The notes: a model not told the origin generated them from the sequence alone. A stretch of DNA of 64,000 bases from Vulcanimicrobiota bacterium (GCA_963723515.1 CAVRQT010000002.1:352001-416000); one strand, 5' to 3'. Shown: positions 40,063-50,558, counted from the first letter of the stretch. A program made the numbers and translations.

Positions 40063-40880
40063 TCGCGCCGGCGGTTCGCGCAGTCGGGCCGCAAGACGAG
40101 ATTGCCGTTCGCCGCTTTCTCGCTGAAGAGCCATACGAAAACGTCTATCTCGATTGGCTGCTTCGACAGCGGCGCAACGCTCGAGAACGCCTCTATTGCT
40201 TTCGCCGTGCAGACGGCTGCGTTCAAGGAGCAGCCTACTACGGTCGCCAGACGGTTTTAGCGGCCACCTCCACGGAGGCGGTTCTCGCCTTCGCCGGCTT
40301 GGCGCACGATTTCAACGATGAACGGATGATCGTCGCGCCGCACGACACCGCGCATCAGTTCTGGCAATGCGTGCAGGGCTGGCATCGCGCGCCACGATTG
40401 ATCCGTGCGCGACAACCGGTGTTCGTCTTGGACGCTCCTCGCGTGCAGCAGCGTTCGCTCGTCACGGTTCGTCTCGCGCGCGAAGTTGAAGCCGCTGAGG
40501 TGGCAAGGAATTCGGCGGCCATGATCGAGCAAGAGCTCGGATACGATCCGCGTCGCATCGCCGGCGACTTCTCTGAGAATGTCGAGCAGATGATCGCCGG
40601 GGGATTATGGTGGGTCGCAACGCTGGACCGGCGGCTCTGCTTCTTCTGCCACGTCGGTCCGAGTAGCCGCTACACGGTGCAATTGCAGGGGGTTTGGACG
40701 CCACCCGGTTTGCGCCGTCGCGGTCTGGCGGTGGACGCGCTGGGGCAGATCTGCACACGCCTCCTCGAGCGCTATCCGACGATCTCGCTCTACGTGAACG
40801 ATTTCAACGAAGCGGCGATCGCGCTCTATCGCAAGCTCGGCTTCGTCGAACGGGGCGCGCTCGCGACGTATCTGTTCTAA
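40059..40880 (+). CDS. GNAT acetyltransferase (DUF4081-like)
   Basis: QGVWTPPGLRRRGLA, SLYVNDFNEAAIALYRKLGF. Confidence 0.85.
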   Translation: MIAPAVRAVGPQDEIAVRRFLAEEPYENVYLDWLLRQRRNARERLYCFRRADGCVQGAAYYGRQTVLAATSTEAVLAFAGLAHDFNDERMIVAPHDTAHQFWQCVQGWHRAPRLIRARQPVFVLDAPRVQQRSLVTVRLAREVEAAEVARNSAAMIEQELGYDPRRIAGDFSENVEQMIAGGLWWVATLDRRLCFFCHVGPSSRYTVQLQGVWTPPGLRRRGLAVDALGQICTRLLERYPTISLYVNDFNEAAIALYRKLGFVERGALATYLF

Positions 40881-40881
40881 G

Positions 40882-41064
40882 TCATTCCCGCCGGTGAATC
40901 GAGCCCTCGACTTGTGTGACGCCGGACTTCACAGCGGTTTCACCGCGCATGAACAGTGCGGCGATCCAACGCAAGATGGCGACGACGCCGACGATCGCCA
41001 AGATGAAGATAATGATGAACGCCCACGCCGCCGCGTGGAGCAGATGCAGCACGAACCCGGTCAT
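40882..41064 (-). CDS. Small single-TM protein
   Basis: AAGGAGG ribosome-binding site, hydrophobic core. Confidence 0.65.
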   Translation of the reverse strand: MTGFVLHLLHAAAWAFIIIFILAIVGVVAILRWIAALFMRGETAVKSGVTQVEGSIHRRE

Positions 41065-41119
41065 GCGCTACCTCCTTCGCAGTTTTTCGCCGGCGCATCA
41101 ACCCGCGCCTTAGGCGGGG

Positions 41120-41365
41120 CTAACGCTCGTTGCGGGCTTCTCCGGCGCGATACCGGTAGACGATGCGTCCCTTCGTGAGATCGTATGGCGACACTTCGAG
41201 ATCGACGCGATCGCCAGGCAACAATTTGATGTGATGCCGGCGCAAGCGCCCGGCGATATGTCCCAGAATCGTTCGGCCGTTTTCCAGCTCGACAGCAAAG
41301 GTCGTGCTGGGGAAAATTTGTTTAATCGTGCCGAAAAGCTCGAGCGGCGCCTCTTTCACCGGCAC
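41120..41365 (-). CDS. infA: Translation initiation factor IF-1 (stand-alone); start uncertain
   Basis: FAVELENGRTILGHIAGRLRRHHIKLLPGDRVDLEVSPYDLTKGRIVYR. Confidence 0.93.
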   Translation of the reverse strand: MPVKEAPLELFGTIKQIFPSTTFAVELENGRTILGHIAGRLRRHHIKLLPGDRVDLEVSPYDLTKGRIVYRYRAGEARNER

Positions 41366-41518
41366 AACGGGACCGGTACCTGCGGTTTGTTTGGCGGCGC
41401 GCCGCTCGCGACGTGGCGGACCGACGGCGGCCGGCTACGACAGAATCCCTATATCGATGATCATCCACTTAGTATAGCGGATGACCCCTACTTCGGTGCC
41501 TACAATTCGGCAAGACCA

Positions 41519-41576
41519 TTGACGTAGGAGTACTGTATGACATATAGTGTGTACCACATACTGTCTGTCAAATAGG
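41519..41576 (+). promoter_or_regulatory. Sigma-70 promoter overlapped by palindromic boxes (probable PadR operator)
   Basis: TTGACG-N18-TATAGT; ACTGTATG-A-CATATAGT at 41532-41548 with related boxes at 41546-41562 and 41560-41576. Confidence 0.55.
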
Positions 41577-41709
41577 AAAAGGAGCCGCGACTATGATTAC
41601 CCGCGCCGATCACCAGCCTCTAGGCAAAACCGTCAACGATGCCGGCCTTGAGTCGTTGCCAAACCTGCGCACAACGTTCGCCGGCTGGGGCCCGAGGATC
41701 TAAAGCCGC

Positions 41710-42042
41710 TTGGGCACCGGCGTTTTTGAGAACCTTCGCCTTGAATTGCGGCGCGGGGCGCTCACGCTGGCCGTGCTTGCGCATTTGCACACCGAGCATT
41801 ACGGATACACGCTGCGCCAAGCGCTCGCAGATCAGGGTTTGGAAATCGATGAAGGCACGCTCTATCCACTGCTCCGCCGGCTTGAAAGCCAAGGGCTGTT
41901 GCTCAGCGAGTGGCGCGAAGAGAATCGCCGCAACAAGCGCTTCTACCGACTCTCGGAGACCGGCAAGGCGATCAGAGACCAACTGCTTGCCGAGTGGCAA
42001 CGCATCAACGCCTCACTCGAACGCATCCTTCAGGAGACTTAA
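41710..42042 (+). CDS. PadR-family transcriptional regulator
   Basis: ELRRGALTLAVL, YGYTL, EGTLYPLLRRLE, KRFYRLSETG. Confidence 0.92.
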   Translation: MGTGVFENLRLELRRGALTLAVLAHLHTEHYGYTLRQALADQGLEIDEGTLYPLLRRLESQGLLLSEWREENRRNKRFYRLSETGKAIRDQLLAEWQRINASLERILQET

Positions 42043-42046
42043 GCTC

Positions 42047-43048
42047 ATGCAACTACTCGACCGCTATTTGAATGCCGTACGCAAATCGCTGCCGCGCGGT
42101 CAAGAAGACGACATCCTGGCCGAGATCTCGGATGCGATCCAATCCGAAGCCGAGGAGAAGGAAGCACAGCTCGGGCGGCCGCTCACACTCGACGAAGAGA
42201 GCGTGATCCTCAAAGCTTACGGCAATCCGCGCATGGTCGCGAGCAAGTACGCAAGCCAGCAATACCTGATCGGCCCTGCCTTCTTGCCGTTCTATTGGTA
42301 CACGCTGCGCGTCGTGCTGGTCATAGCGCTGATCGTCGCATTCTTCGCATCCGCAACTTTTTTCGCAGGCAGCGCGCTTCCAAGTCTTGTCGTCGTTTGG
42401 GGATCGCTGTCGATCGCGTTCTTTGTCGTTATCGGCCTGATCACGTTCATCTTCTTCCTTCTCGAGTATTTCCAAAACCGGTTCGGCCGCGATCCAGGCC
42501 TCGATCGATGGGATCCGCGCACGCTGCCGATCAGCGATGCGCGGTACGTTACGCGCTCACAGTCAATCGGGGAGCTCATCGTCAACGTTGTGGTCATGCT
42601 GTGGCTGCTGAGTGTGCCGTGGACGCGACACGCGCTCTCGCACCTGTTTATTGGGCCGCTACCGAATGCGCACGGCAATCAGCCTTTCCAGTTCAGCGCG
42701 GTCTGGCAGCAAGTGATCCTGCCGGTTTTCGTGCTGTACGCAATCAACTCGATTCTCAATATCGTCAACGTCGTGCGGCCCAATTGGTTTGCGCTGCGCG
42801 CGTACATTCACGCAGGGATCAACCTCGGGTTTGCCGGTATGGCAGCCGCGTTGCTCGTCCTTCCACATCTCGTGATTGCGTCGCCTGCCGCGCATATCAC
42901 GCCACATCTGGTGGATAAAGTTGCGGCGCTGAACGCGCTTACGCACTGGACGCGTCGCAGCCATCGCAATCGTCTGCTTGATCGTCGCGTATTGCGACCT
43001 GCGAGTGTTGCGCAAAGCGAAGCCTACACGGCTACCCTCTACCGTTAA
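42047..43048 (+). CDS. PadR-associated membrane protein with HAAS-like N-terminus; probable frameshift near 42955
   Basis: LLDRYLNAVRKSLP...DILAEI...YGNPRMVASKY...YLIGP followed by several TM segments. Confidence 0.75.
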   Translation: MQLLDRYLNAVRKSLPRGQEDDILAEISDAIQSEAEEKEAQLGRPLTLDEESVILKAYGNPRMVASKYASQQYLIGPAFLPFYWYTLRVVLVIALIVAFFASATFFAGSALPSLVVVWGSLSIAFFVVIGLITFIFFLLEYFQNRFGRDPGLDRWDPRTLPISDARYVTRSQSIGELIVNVVVMLWLLSVPWTRHALSHLFIGPLPNAHGNQPFQFSAVWQQVILPVFVLYAINSILNIVNVVRPNWFALRAYIHAGINLGFAGMAAALLVLPHLVIASPAAHITPHLVDKVAALNALTHWTRRSHRNRLLDRRVLRPASVAQSEAYTATLYR

Positions 43049-43064
43049 TAGCGTCGCTTAGCCC

Positions 43065-43480
43065 ATGCACATTCGGAAAGGCGGAAAAGATAGATCTGGT
43101 GCGACTCGAGGCGCTCCCGCATGCCGAACATTGGGATCATCATTTGGCGTTGATGCGCAAACGCCTCGGATCGCGCGAGAGCCTCGTCGCTGAGATCGAC
43201 GAGCAAGTCGTCGGCATGGCGGTTTGGGATCGCGAGTTCTTCGGACGCGCCTTCATCTGGATGCTCGGCGTGCATCCGAATTACCACCGCCGCGGCATCG
43301 CATCGGCGCTGATCGAGAAAATTATCGCGCTCTGCGACGGACGAGCCGCTCTACACGTCGACGAATCGATCGAACGATGCAATGCAAGCGCTTTGCAAAG
43401 GATTGGGATTCGTCGAGAGCGGCTACCTCGAAAATCTCGATCCGGGCGATCCGGAAATCTTCTTCTATAAGGCACCGTAG
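43065..43480 (+). CDS. GNAT acetyltransferase; frameshifted
   Basis: VHPNYHRRGIASAL, then TSTNRSNDAMQAL...GF...ENLDPGDPEIFF in a shifted frame. Confidence 0.8.
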
Positions 43481-43524
43481 CGCAAGAAGAAATCCCACCG
43501 CTTGTGCAGAAATGAATCTTCCCA

Positions 43525-44406
43525 GTGCGAACGATGCTGCGGTTCGTCTGGGTGCTCGCAATCATTACGGCTGTCACGCTCTTCGAAGCCGTCCACGCAG
43601 CGTCACCACCGCCGCCGGTAAAGAAGCAGACCGCACGCGCTAGCGCAGCGCCGGCGAGCGCGTTGGCGCCCGCTGACGAGTACTTCGGTCGTCAGAAGTT
43701 GAGCGTCGTGCGCATGCACCATCAAGTGTTTGCGCTCAAAGACGACCTGCACAATCGGCGCCGCCATCCGGACGCGATTGAAAACGAAGCGAACTGGATC
43801 GGCGACGCGTACTTCGATTGGGCCAACCGCTTTCCGGGCGACCGCTGGCTGCCGCGCATGGCGTGGGAGATAGCAACGCTCTATGAAGAGCTGCCGGGCA
43901 TTGGTGCGCAGTCGCAGGCATTCACATTTTTGGCTTTCATTTCGCAGCACTACACGGATAGCGAGATCGCACGCGATGCAGCCAACGATCTGACGCGCGG
44001 AATCGGCGTGCGGCCGTGGCCGCGATGGGCCGGGCGTGAGCCGGCGCAGCGGCCGACGCTCGCCGGTCAGATTGTGATCCGCGATCCGCGAGATCCTCAA
44101 GCATTGTTGCAAGCCGTTCAAGATGTGGGAACGCGGTTGCAAGGCCGGCGTATCGTGCCGGCTGCCGCATTCGGCGCGACGGCCGCGCTTGAAGGGCTTT
44201 TTCGAAATATCTCGCCCGCACCTAACGATGACGCCCAGCAGCGTTGCGCATGGCAAATCGCGACACTGTATGAACTGCTCCCAGGCACGGCCTCGCGCGA
44301 TCGCGCGATCAAAATGCTGGCGCTGGTTCTCGATCGCTACGGCAACACGGAATTTGGCCTCTGGAGTTTGCGCGATTTGCAGCGCGGGGTTGGCATCCGA
44401 ACCTAG
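43525..44406 (+). CDS. Secreted helical protein with an internal duplication
   Basis: Signal peptide, APADEYFG, two AW(E/Q)IATLYE(E/L)LPG...RG(I/V)G(V/I)R units. Confidence 0.7.
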   Translation: MRTMLRFVWVLAIITAVTLFEAVHAASPPPPVKKQTARASAAPASALAPADEYFGRQKLSVVRMHHQVFALKDDLHNRRRHPDAIENEANWIGDAYFDWANRFPGDRWLPRMAWEIATLYEELPGIGAQSQAFTFLAFISQHYTDSEIARDAANDLTRGIGVRPWPRWAGREPAQRPTLAGQIVIRDPRDPQALLQAVQDVGTRLQGRRIVPAAAFGATAALEGLFRNISPAPNDDAQQRCAWQIATLYELLPGTASRDRAIKMLALVLDRYGNTEFGLWSLRDLQRGVGIRT

Positions 44407-44474
44407 CGCGCAGGTCTCCGCGACGCCGCCAAAGTATCGTGGACGGCACCGATCTCGAAATTAAGGAGGCCCAG

Positions 44475-44978
44475 GTGAAACTTTTTCGATGCTGTTTCTT
44501 TGCGGCGTTGTTTGCCGTTGCGCCGACGGCGTTCGCCGGTGCCGCCGCAACGCCGCCGAAGCTGCCGCCCGGCATGACGCCGCAAGCGTTCAAAATGATC
44601 ATGACGCCCGGACCGCAACATCCGGCCGGACTTCCGTCCGACGTCAAGCCGTGGTTCGGTTGCATTCCGACGATGGGCTACCACTATGTCAGCGACAAGA
44701 ACAAGCCGTTCGGGCCGATTTACGGCTGGTACAACGGAAAGCCGATCTTCACCGAACTGATGATCACGCCTGAGCAACTGAAGGCCGGGAAGAATTGGGA
44801 CGACGTTCTCAAGCCGCTTCCGGGTTACCACGTCGATCATGTTGACATCTGGTTCGAACCGCAGGGTCATCCCGGCTTCCCCGTGCCGCACTATGACGTG
44901 CACGCGTATTACGTGCCGCACTCGGTCCACATGCACTACTGCGGAAATGCGTCCGGCAAGAAGCCGGCTTGGCTCTAA
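44475..44978 (+). CDS. Secreted His-rich protein (DUF5602/TTHB210-like)
   Basis: AAGGAGG ribosome-binding site, signal peptide, MGYHY, DHVDIWFEPQGHPGFPVPHYDVH. Confidence 0.65.
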   Translation: MKLFRCCFFAALFAVAPTAFAGAAATPPKLPPGMTPQAFKMIMTPGPQHPAGLPSDVKPWFGCIPTMGYHYVSDKNKPFGPIYGWYNGKPIFTELMITPEQLKAGKNWDDVLKPLPGYHVDHVDIWFEPQGHPGFPVPHYDVHAYYVPHSVHMHYCGNASGKKPAWL

Positions 44979-45036
44979 CGAAGCATCGCGGCCCGGCCGC
45001 TGCGTTCACGCGGCGATTGGTGAAAGGAAAACTTCC

Positions 45037-45501
45037 ATGGCTTCTGTCTCAAAAATCGTGCCGACGATCAGCACGAAGATCTCCGGACCAAGCGGCGTCG
45101 TGCATCTCCCGCGTCTGTGGCAAAAGCTGCTGCTTTCGCAAGCCGGTTTGCTGCCCGAAGATTACGACGCGTGCGGCGACGGTTTCGATGCGATGACCCT
45201 CAACGCATTAGGAATCTCAAAGCAAGATGCGATCGACTACATCTCATCGCACAAGCCAAGCTACGTTGAGTTCGAAAATTGGGTCATCGAACGTAACGGC
45301 GGGCGGCTTGATCCCGAGAAGGTGCGCAAGCATAATGAAGCGGTGCTGAAGTACGAGCACTCCGAAGATAAAGCCGCTCAGATGCGGGAGCGTTCCGGCT
45401 TACGCGATCGATCCGTCCGCGATGCGGCGACGCTTAACACGCACGACGACTTCGATGAATTTCACGCCCACATCGTCGGTGAGCGCGTGAGTTTAAACTA
45501 A
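45037..45501 (+). CDS. DUF5069-like protein
   Basis: GVVHLPRLWQKLLL...LPEDY...GFDAMTLNALGI. Confidence 0.6.
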   Translation: MASVSKIVPTISTKISGPSGVVHLPRLWQKLLLSQAGLLPEDYDACGDGFDAMTLNALGISKQDAIDYISSHKPSYVEFENWVIERNGGRLDPEKVRKHNEAVLKYEHSEDKAAQMRERSGLRDRSVRDAATLNTHDDFDEFHAHIVGERVSLN

Positions 45502-45509
45502 ATTACCCG

Positions 45510-45896
45510 CTAGCGAACGACAATGACGTAGAGCGCCTCCTTAGCGGGAGGCGCAATCTTTTCCCAAGGTCGCGCGTACTTCAGCGAAACGATCGCTTTG
45601 CCGTGAGCGACCGCCGCGAACGTCCACATCTCGAGGCCGGGCGCACCCATTGTAGCGCTGGTCGAAGCGACGTAGTGTTTCGAACGATAGGCGACGACCG
45701 CCGAATTGAGCGGATCCTCAAGCGCCCAACTATAGCCGGTGGTGCGGTTCGCCGGCAATGAGATCGTAAAGGTCGATCCGGCGCGTGCAATGACTGGGCT
45801 ACACGCGACACTCGGGCCGGCCGGCGATTGTGCGGCAGCGGGCGCGAGGGCAAAGAGCATGGCAGCGCCGATCAACATCAGCGTTGTTCGCATCAT
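45510..45896 (-). CDS. Chagasin-family (I42) protease inhibitor
   Basis: LPANRTTGYSW, MGAPG, YARPWE. Confidence 0.88.
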   Translation of the reverse strand: MMRTTLMLIGAAMLFALAPAAAQSPAGPSVACSPVIARAGSTFTISLPANRTTGYSWALEDPLNSAVVAYRSKHYVASTSATMGAPGLEMWTFAAVAHGKAIVSLKYARPWEKIAPPAKEALYVIVVR

Positions 45897-45911
45897 AGCT
45901 TCTCCTTTGAC

Positions 45912-46352
45912 TTAGCGACGCGGGCCACAGGCATAGTCCATCGTGCTCCCCGTGTTCGGCCCTTTTCCGATATACGCGAAGGTTACGCTGCGATAGGCCG
46001 GCGCGCCGTTCGGACAATTTTGCATGCCGGTCGCGACAAGAATGATTCGATAGCGGTGAAAGTGCCCCGCGGCACAGTAGGGTTTGCAGTCGTTCACCGA
46101 CATCGTTCCAAGCGCCGCCGCGAAAGATTGTCCCCAACCGGTCCAGCGCAAATGCTGCGCGACGACGCCGCCGTCAGCGCATGCGATCACAACTTCGTTC
46201 GGCTTCACTTCCGGTTTGCCGATGCAATTCGGCAGCGCCATGGCAGACGAGCGTTGCGCAATTGCGCCGCTCGCAACAAAGCCCAACGCGGCGGCAACCA
46301 AAAGAATCACGAAGGCGGCCAAAGGGATATTCGGCCTCGATCTTAGGAGCAT
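45912..46352 (-). CDS. Hypothetical secreted Cys-containing protein
   Basis: Signal peptide, ACADGG..HLRWTGWG, NDCKPYCAAG. Confidence 0.65.
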   Translation of the reverse strand: MLLRSRPNIPLAAFVILLVAAALGFVASGAIAQRSSAMALPNCIGKPEVKPNEVVIACADGGVVAQHLRWTGWGQSFAAALGTMSVNDCKPYCAAGHFHRYRIILVATGMQNCPNGAPAYRSVTFAYIGKGPNTGSTMDYACGPRR

Positions 46353-46456
46353 ACGCGTTGCCCTCCGCTGGCTTGAAAAGTAACGCAGAAGTTGGCGAAA
46401 AGCCGGCAAACACCGCTACAGGCGCGGCGTTGAGGCCTAGGCGAAGAGAGCACGGC

Positions 46457-49220
46457 GTGAATGAGACGCTGACGTTTCTTTTCAGCGATATCGAGGGTTC
46501 GACGTTGCGTTGGGAGCGCGACCGAGAGGCCATGGCGCGGGCCGTGGAACGTCATGATGCGATCATGCGAAGCGCGATCACCGCACGAGGAGGTCGTGTC
46601 TTCAAGACGGTCGGCGACGCGTTCTGCGCGGTCTTTGAAAGCGCAGACCACGCGACTGCGGCCTCAATCGACGCGCAGCGGCAGCTTGTGGCCGAAGATT
46701 TCTCAACCGTTGACGGCTTGCGCGTACGCATGGCGCTACACAGCGGCGTAGCGGACGAACGCGACGGCGATTACTTCGGTCCGCCGCTCAATCGGATCGC
46801 AAGGATCATTGCGATCGTCAACGGTGGCCAAATCGTGTTGTCCGACCTCATCAAGGGCATCGTGCGTGACCGCTTGCCGCGCGACATATCGCTCCTCGAC
46901 CTTGGAGCACATCGGCTCAAAGATCTCGCGGAGCCGGAACGTCTGCACCAACTGGTTGCTCCGGATTTACCGCAAGATTTTCCGATGCTGCGATCGCTGG
47001 AGCTCTTGCCGAACAATCTGCCGCTGCAACTGACACGCTTCATCGGCCGCGAGGATGAATTGGCGACGACGAAAGCAGCTCCTGAAGGAATCGCGGCTCG
47101 TCACGCTCCTGGGCGCCGGCGGCATCGGCAAAACGCGCCTCGCGCTGCAAGTCGGTGCCGATCTGCTCGATGGCTTTGAAGACGGCGTCTGGTTAATCGA
47201 ACTTGCGCCCGTACAGGAGGCCGAGCAACTGCCAAGCGCGCTTGCGGGCGTCTTGGATGTCAAAGAGTCGGCGGAGCGTTCTCTGACCGAAAGCCTCGTT
47301 CACTTCTTGCAGCACAAAAAGTTGCTCTTGATTCTGGATAACTGCGAACATCTCGTTGAAGCTGCAGCATCGCTCAGCACCCGCCTCTTAAGAGAGTGCG
47401 GTGAAGTGCAAATCCTTGCGACGAGCCGCCAGCCGCTGGGAGTTTCCGGAGAACGTGCACATCGCGTTACATCGCTTGCGGTTGCACCTGAGAAGATCGC
47501 GTTATCAAAGAAAGAGGCGGCACAGTACGGCGCGATCGGACTTTTCGCCGACAGGGCGCGCGCCGCGACCGAGTCGTTCGAATTAACTGACGACAATGCG
47601 AATCTCGTCGCTCAGATTTGCCGGCGCCTGGACGGGATCGCGCTGGCAATCGAACTCGCCGCGCCTCGGCTGAAGATGCTCACGCTCGAGCAACTCGCAG
47701 CCCGGCTTTCGGAACGATTTCGGCTACTGACCGGTGGAACGCGCGATGCGCTGCCTCGGCAGCAGACGATGCACGCGCTCATCGATTGGAGCTACGATCT
47801 CCTGGACGAACGTGAGCAAGAGTTCTTTAGACGGCTATGCGTCTTCGCCGGCGATTTTTCTCTTGATGCCGCCGCAGCCGTAGCTGCGCATCACACGCTC
47901 GATGAGTGGGGTGCGATCGAATTACTCTCCTCGCTGGTGGACAAGTCGCTCGTCACGAGCGAGCTCGCGGATTCGCACCGGCGCTATGGATTGCTCGAGA
48001 GCATGCGTGAATATGCTATCGAAAAAGCGAGCGCATCCGGTGAAGAGGACATCTTGCGTCTGCGGCATGCCGAGTTCTACACCGCACTCGCCGAACGTGT
48101 GGAGGGCGCGCATGCAGCGACTCCCGCTCCCTCAAACACTAAAGGTGCGCCCGCTCTAGAACCGGAGTTGCAGAACTTTCGCGCGGCGTTGGATTGGACG
48201 CTCGGCTCTGCCGCCAACCTTAATCTGGGCGTAACGCTCCTGACCGCACTGGAACCATTTTGGTACTCGCACGGTTTAGTCGCCGAGTCGAAGCGCCGCG
48301 CTGAGGAAATCATCGATCGCGCCAGCGAACTGCCGGAGCCGTTGGAAGCAGAACTCTGGTACACGTTGAGCCGCTCGCGGGACGTCTTGTGGCTGCCGGC
48401 TCCGGCTCTGGAGGCGGCCACTCGAGCCTGCGAGCTTTACGAGAAGTTGGGCAACAATGAACGGCTCGCGCACGCCTTGCGCCTGCGCGGAAATGCCAAC
48501 GTAAGCGTCGGCGACTTCGTTGCGGCCGAGCAAGATCTGGATCGATCGCTGGCGCTTTTTCGTGAGATGAACGACCGCCTCGGAATCGCTCGAACGATGA
48601 GTTCGCTGGGAGTCGCTTACTCCATGACGGGCCGGCTTCAGGAAGCTGCGGCGATCCAACGCAAAGTTTTAGAGATGCATCGCGACCTAGGCGATGAGCG
48701 CTACCCGCGCATCGTACAATTGAACCTCGCCGAGAACGAGTTTGCGCTCGGCAATGTCGCGGCTGCGGTCGAACATGCCCAAAATAATCTGGCACACGAC
48801 GTGCTGCGCATGGATTCGATCCTGCGTTCGCAGCAAGAAGTAAATCTCGCAACGTACTTTTTGGCGCGCGATCAGGCGGAGGAAGCTCATCGGGCAGCAC
48901 TTGATGCGGTCGATTCGGGTCGTGAGGCCGACCACAAAGTTCAAACCGCACAGGCATTGCAGTGCCTCGGCGCAATCCTTGCGCCGCACGATCCGAAAGC
49001 TGCTGCGCGCATCCTTGGCTACGTCGAGCACGCGTTCAAAGCCTCCGGCTTTACGCGCGAGCATACCGAGCGCTACATCTACGACCGGCTCGTCAAGACT
49101 CTGCACGAAACGTTCAGCGAGGCTGACATCGAACGCTTCTTACGCGAGGGCGCCTCCTTAACTGAAGATCAAGCGGTCGAACTCGCGCGCGCGATGCCGC
49201 CGATCTCGGCGATGTCGTGA
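46457..49220 (+). CDS. Class III nucleotidyl cyclase-STAND ATPase-TPR protein; frameshift near 47075
   Basis: FSDIEGST, FKTVGDAF, DYFGPPLNRIAR; GAGGIGKT, LILDNCEH, LDGIALAIELAA; TPR-like tail. Confidence 0.92.
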
Positions 49221-49510
49221 CAGAAAGCGCAGCGGCCTTAGAAAACGAGACGCTGACTTTTCTTTTCAGCGATATCGAGGGTTCGACGTCGCGTTGGGAG
49301 CGCGATCGAGGAGCCATGGCGCAGGCCGTAGCGCGCCATGATGCAATCATGCGCGCCGCGATCAACGCGGCCGGAGGTCAAGTCTTCAAGACAGTCGGCG
49401 ATGCGTTTTGCGCGGTCTTTGAAAGCGCGCACAAGGCGACTGCGGCCTCAATCGAGGCGCAGCGGCAACTTGTGGCCGAAGATTTTTCAGCACTCGATGG
49501 CCTGCAGGTG
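49217..49510 (+). pseudogene. Truncated tandem copy of the cyclase domain
   Basis: Closely parallels 46463-46726; homology stops after DGLQV. Confidence 0.8.
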
Positions 49511-49552
49511 CCGACCGGGGGCCTTGAGCGCCGCGCTGCGACTACCGCTCCG

Positions 49553-50326
49553 TCAAGGAGCCGGACTCTGCAGGGCTGTTTCGCCGGCCGCGAGACTCGT
49601 GAAGCGCCGAAAGTGATCGAAGATCCCGGTGAACGTTCCGGTACCGCTGAACACAAGCGCGTGCCCCGCGTATACTTCGTTGATACGAACGACGTACCAT
49701 AAATCGGGGAGCGCGGCGCCGCCGACTTCGGTCACAGTTCCGGACGTGGCGTGTGGCGGCAGACTGTTCGGAGTGTATTCCAATCGCACGACGTGCGCAT
49801 TCGCCACATTGATGTACATGGTGCCACTGCCGTGCTGCGCGTCTCGCTTCGCGCTCGTAAAAGAGACGGCTTGCGTCCCGGCTGGGCACGACGAACATGC
49901 AGTCTGCGGTTCGCCGAAGGCGTAGTCGTCCATGTACCGTGCGTCGTACGGCTCTTTGAAGAACACCTTGCCGGCAGCCCAGTCTTTGTTCGTTTGGTCT
50001 GACGCGCTGACGAACTTCTGAGGACGAGAACGCGCGCCCATCGCGTACGATTCGATATACGCGATCTTCACGAACTTACCGTCTTCCATCAATTGACCAC
50101 TGTCGCTTATTTCGCCGTGGTGGAAGAGCCCGCCGCTCAACTGTGTACTGAAGTGCCGCTGCATGCCGATGACGCCGCGCACTTGGGAAGCATACACGCT
50201 CGATGCTCGCTGGACGATTGCCGGCACGGCCAAACTCAGGGCCGGCGAGCGACACAACCCTCCAAGAATCAGTGTCATTATGGCCAGCGCGGCGAGCAGC
50301 GGCGCGATGCGGCTTGATCCGTTCAT
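49553..50326 (-). CDS. Hypothetical secreted protein (possible compensating frameshifts near 50000-50060)
   Basis: Signal peptide, beta-rich body. Confidence 0.65.
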   Translation of the reverse strand: MNGSSRIAPLLAALAIMTLILGGLCRSPALSLAVPAIVQRASSVYASQVRGVIGMQRHFSTQLSGGLFHHGEISDSGQLMEDGKFVKIAYIESYAMGARSRPQKFVSASDQTNKDWAAGKVFFKEPYDARYMDDYAFGEPQTACSSCPAGTQAVSFTSAKRDAQHGSGTMYINVANAHVVRLEYTPNSLPPHATSGTVTEVGGAALPDLWYVVRINEVYAGHALVFSGTGTFTGIFDHFRRFTSLAAGETALQSPAP

Positions 50327-50558
50327 GCTATGGAGAACGTGAGCGATGGGACGGATGTTTGTCCAGCGTTGCTTAGGATCAGTTCTTAGCCGATTTCAGT
50401 AGTAACGGTGCAGTAAACCTCTCATGTTCAACATCCATCGACCAAAGAAGCGCGCGAAGCGCTCGACGCTCTTCGCGCCGCGAAATAGCAACGAACAACG
50501 GTGTAGCGAAGCGCACGCGGCATCGAAAAAGTCTTGCAAATACCTGAGATTTTTGAGG

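Noticed and set aside
41639..43048. 469-aa single ORF or PadR fusion
   Set aside because: PadR is in a different frame, and the membrane protein has its own AGGAG and ATG at 42047.
46457..49220. Avs or CBASS/Pycsar anti-phage system
   Set aside because: The architecture matches common cyclase-ATPase-TPR regulators, and there is no adjacent effector or defence-island context.
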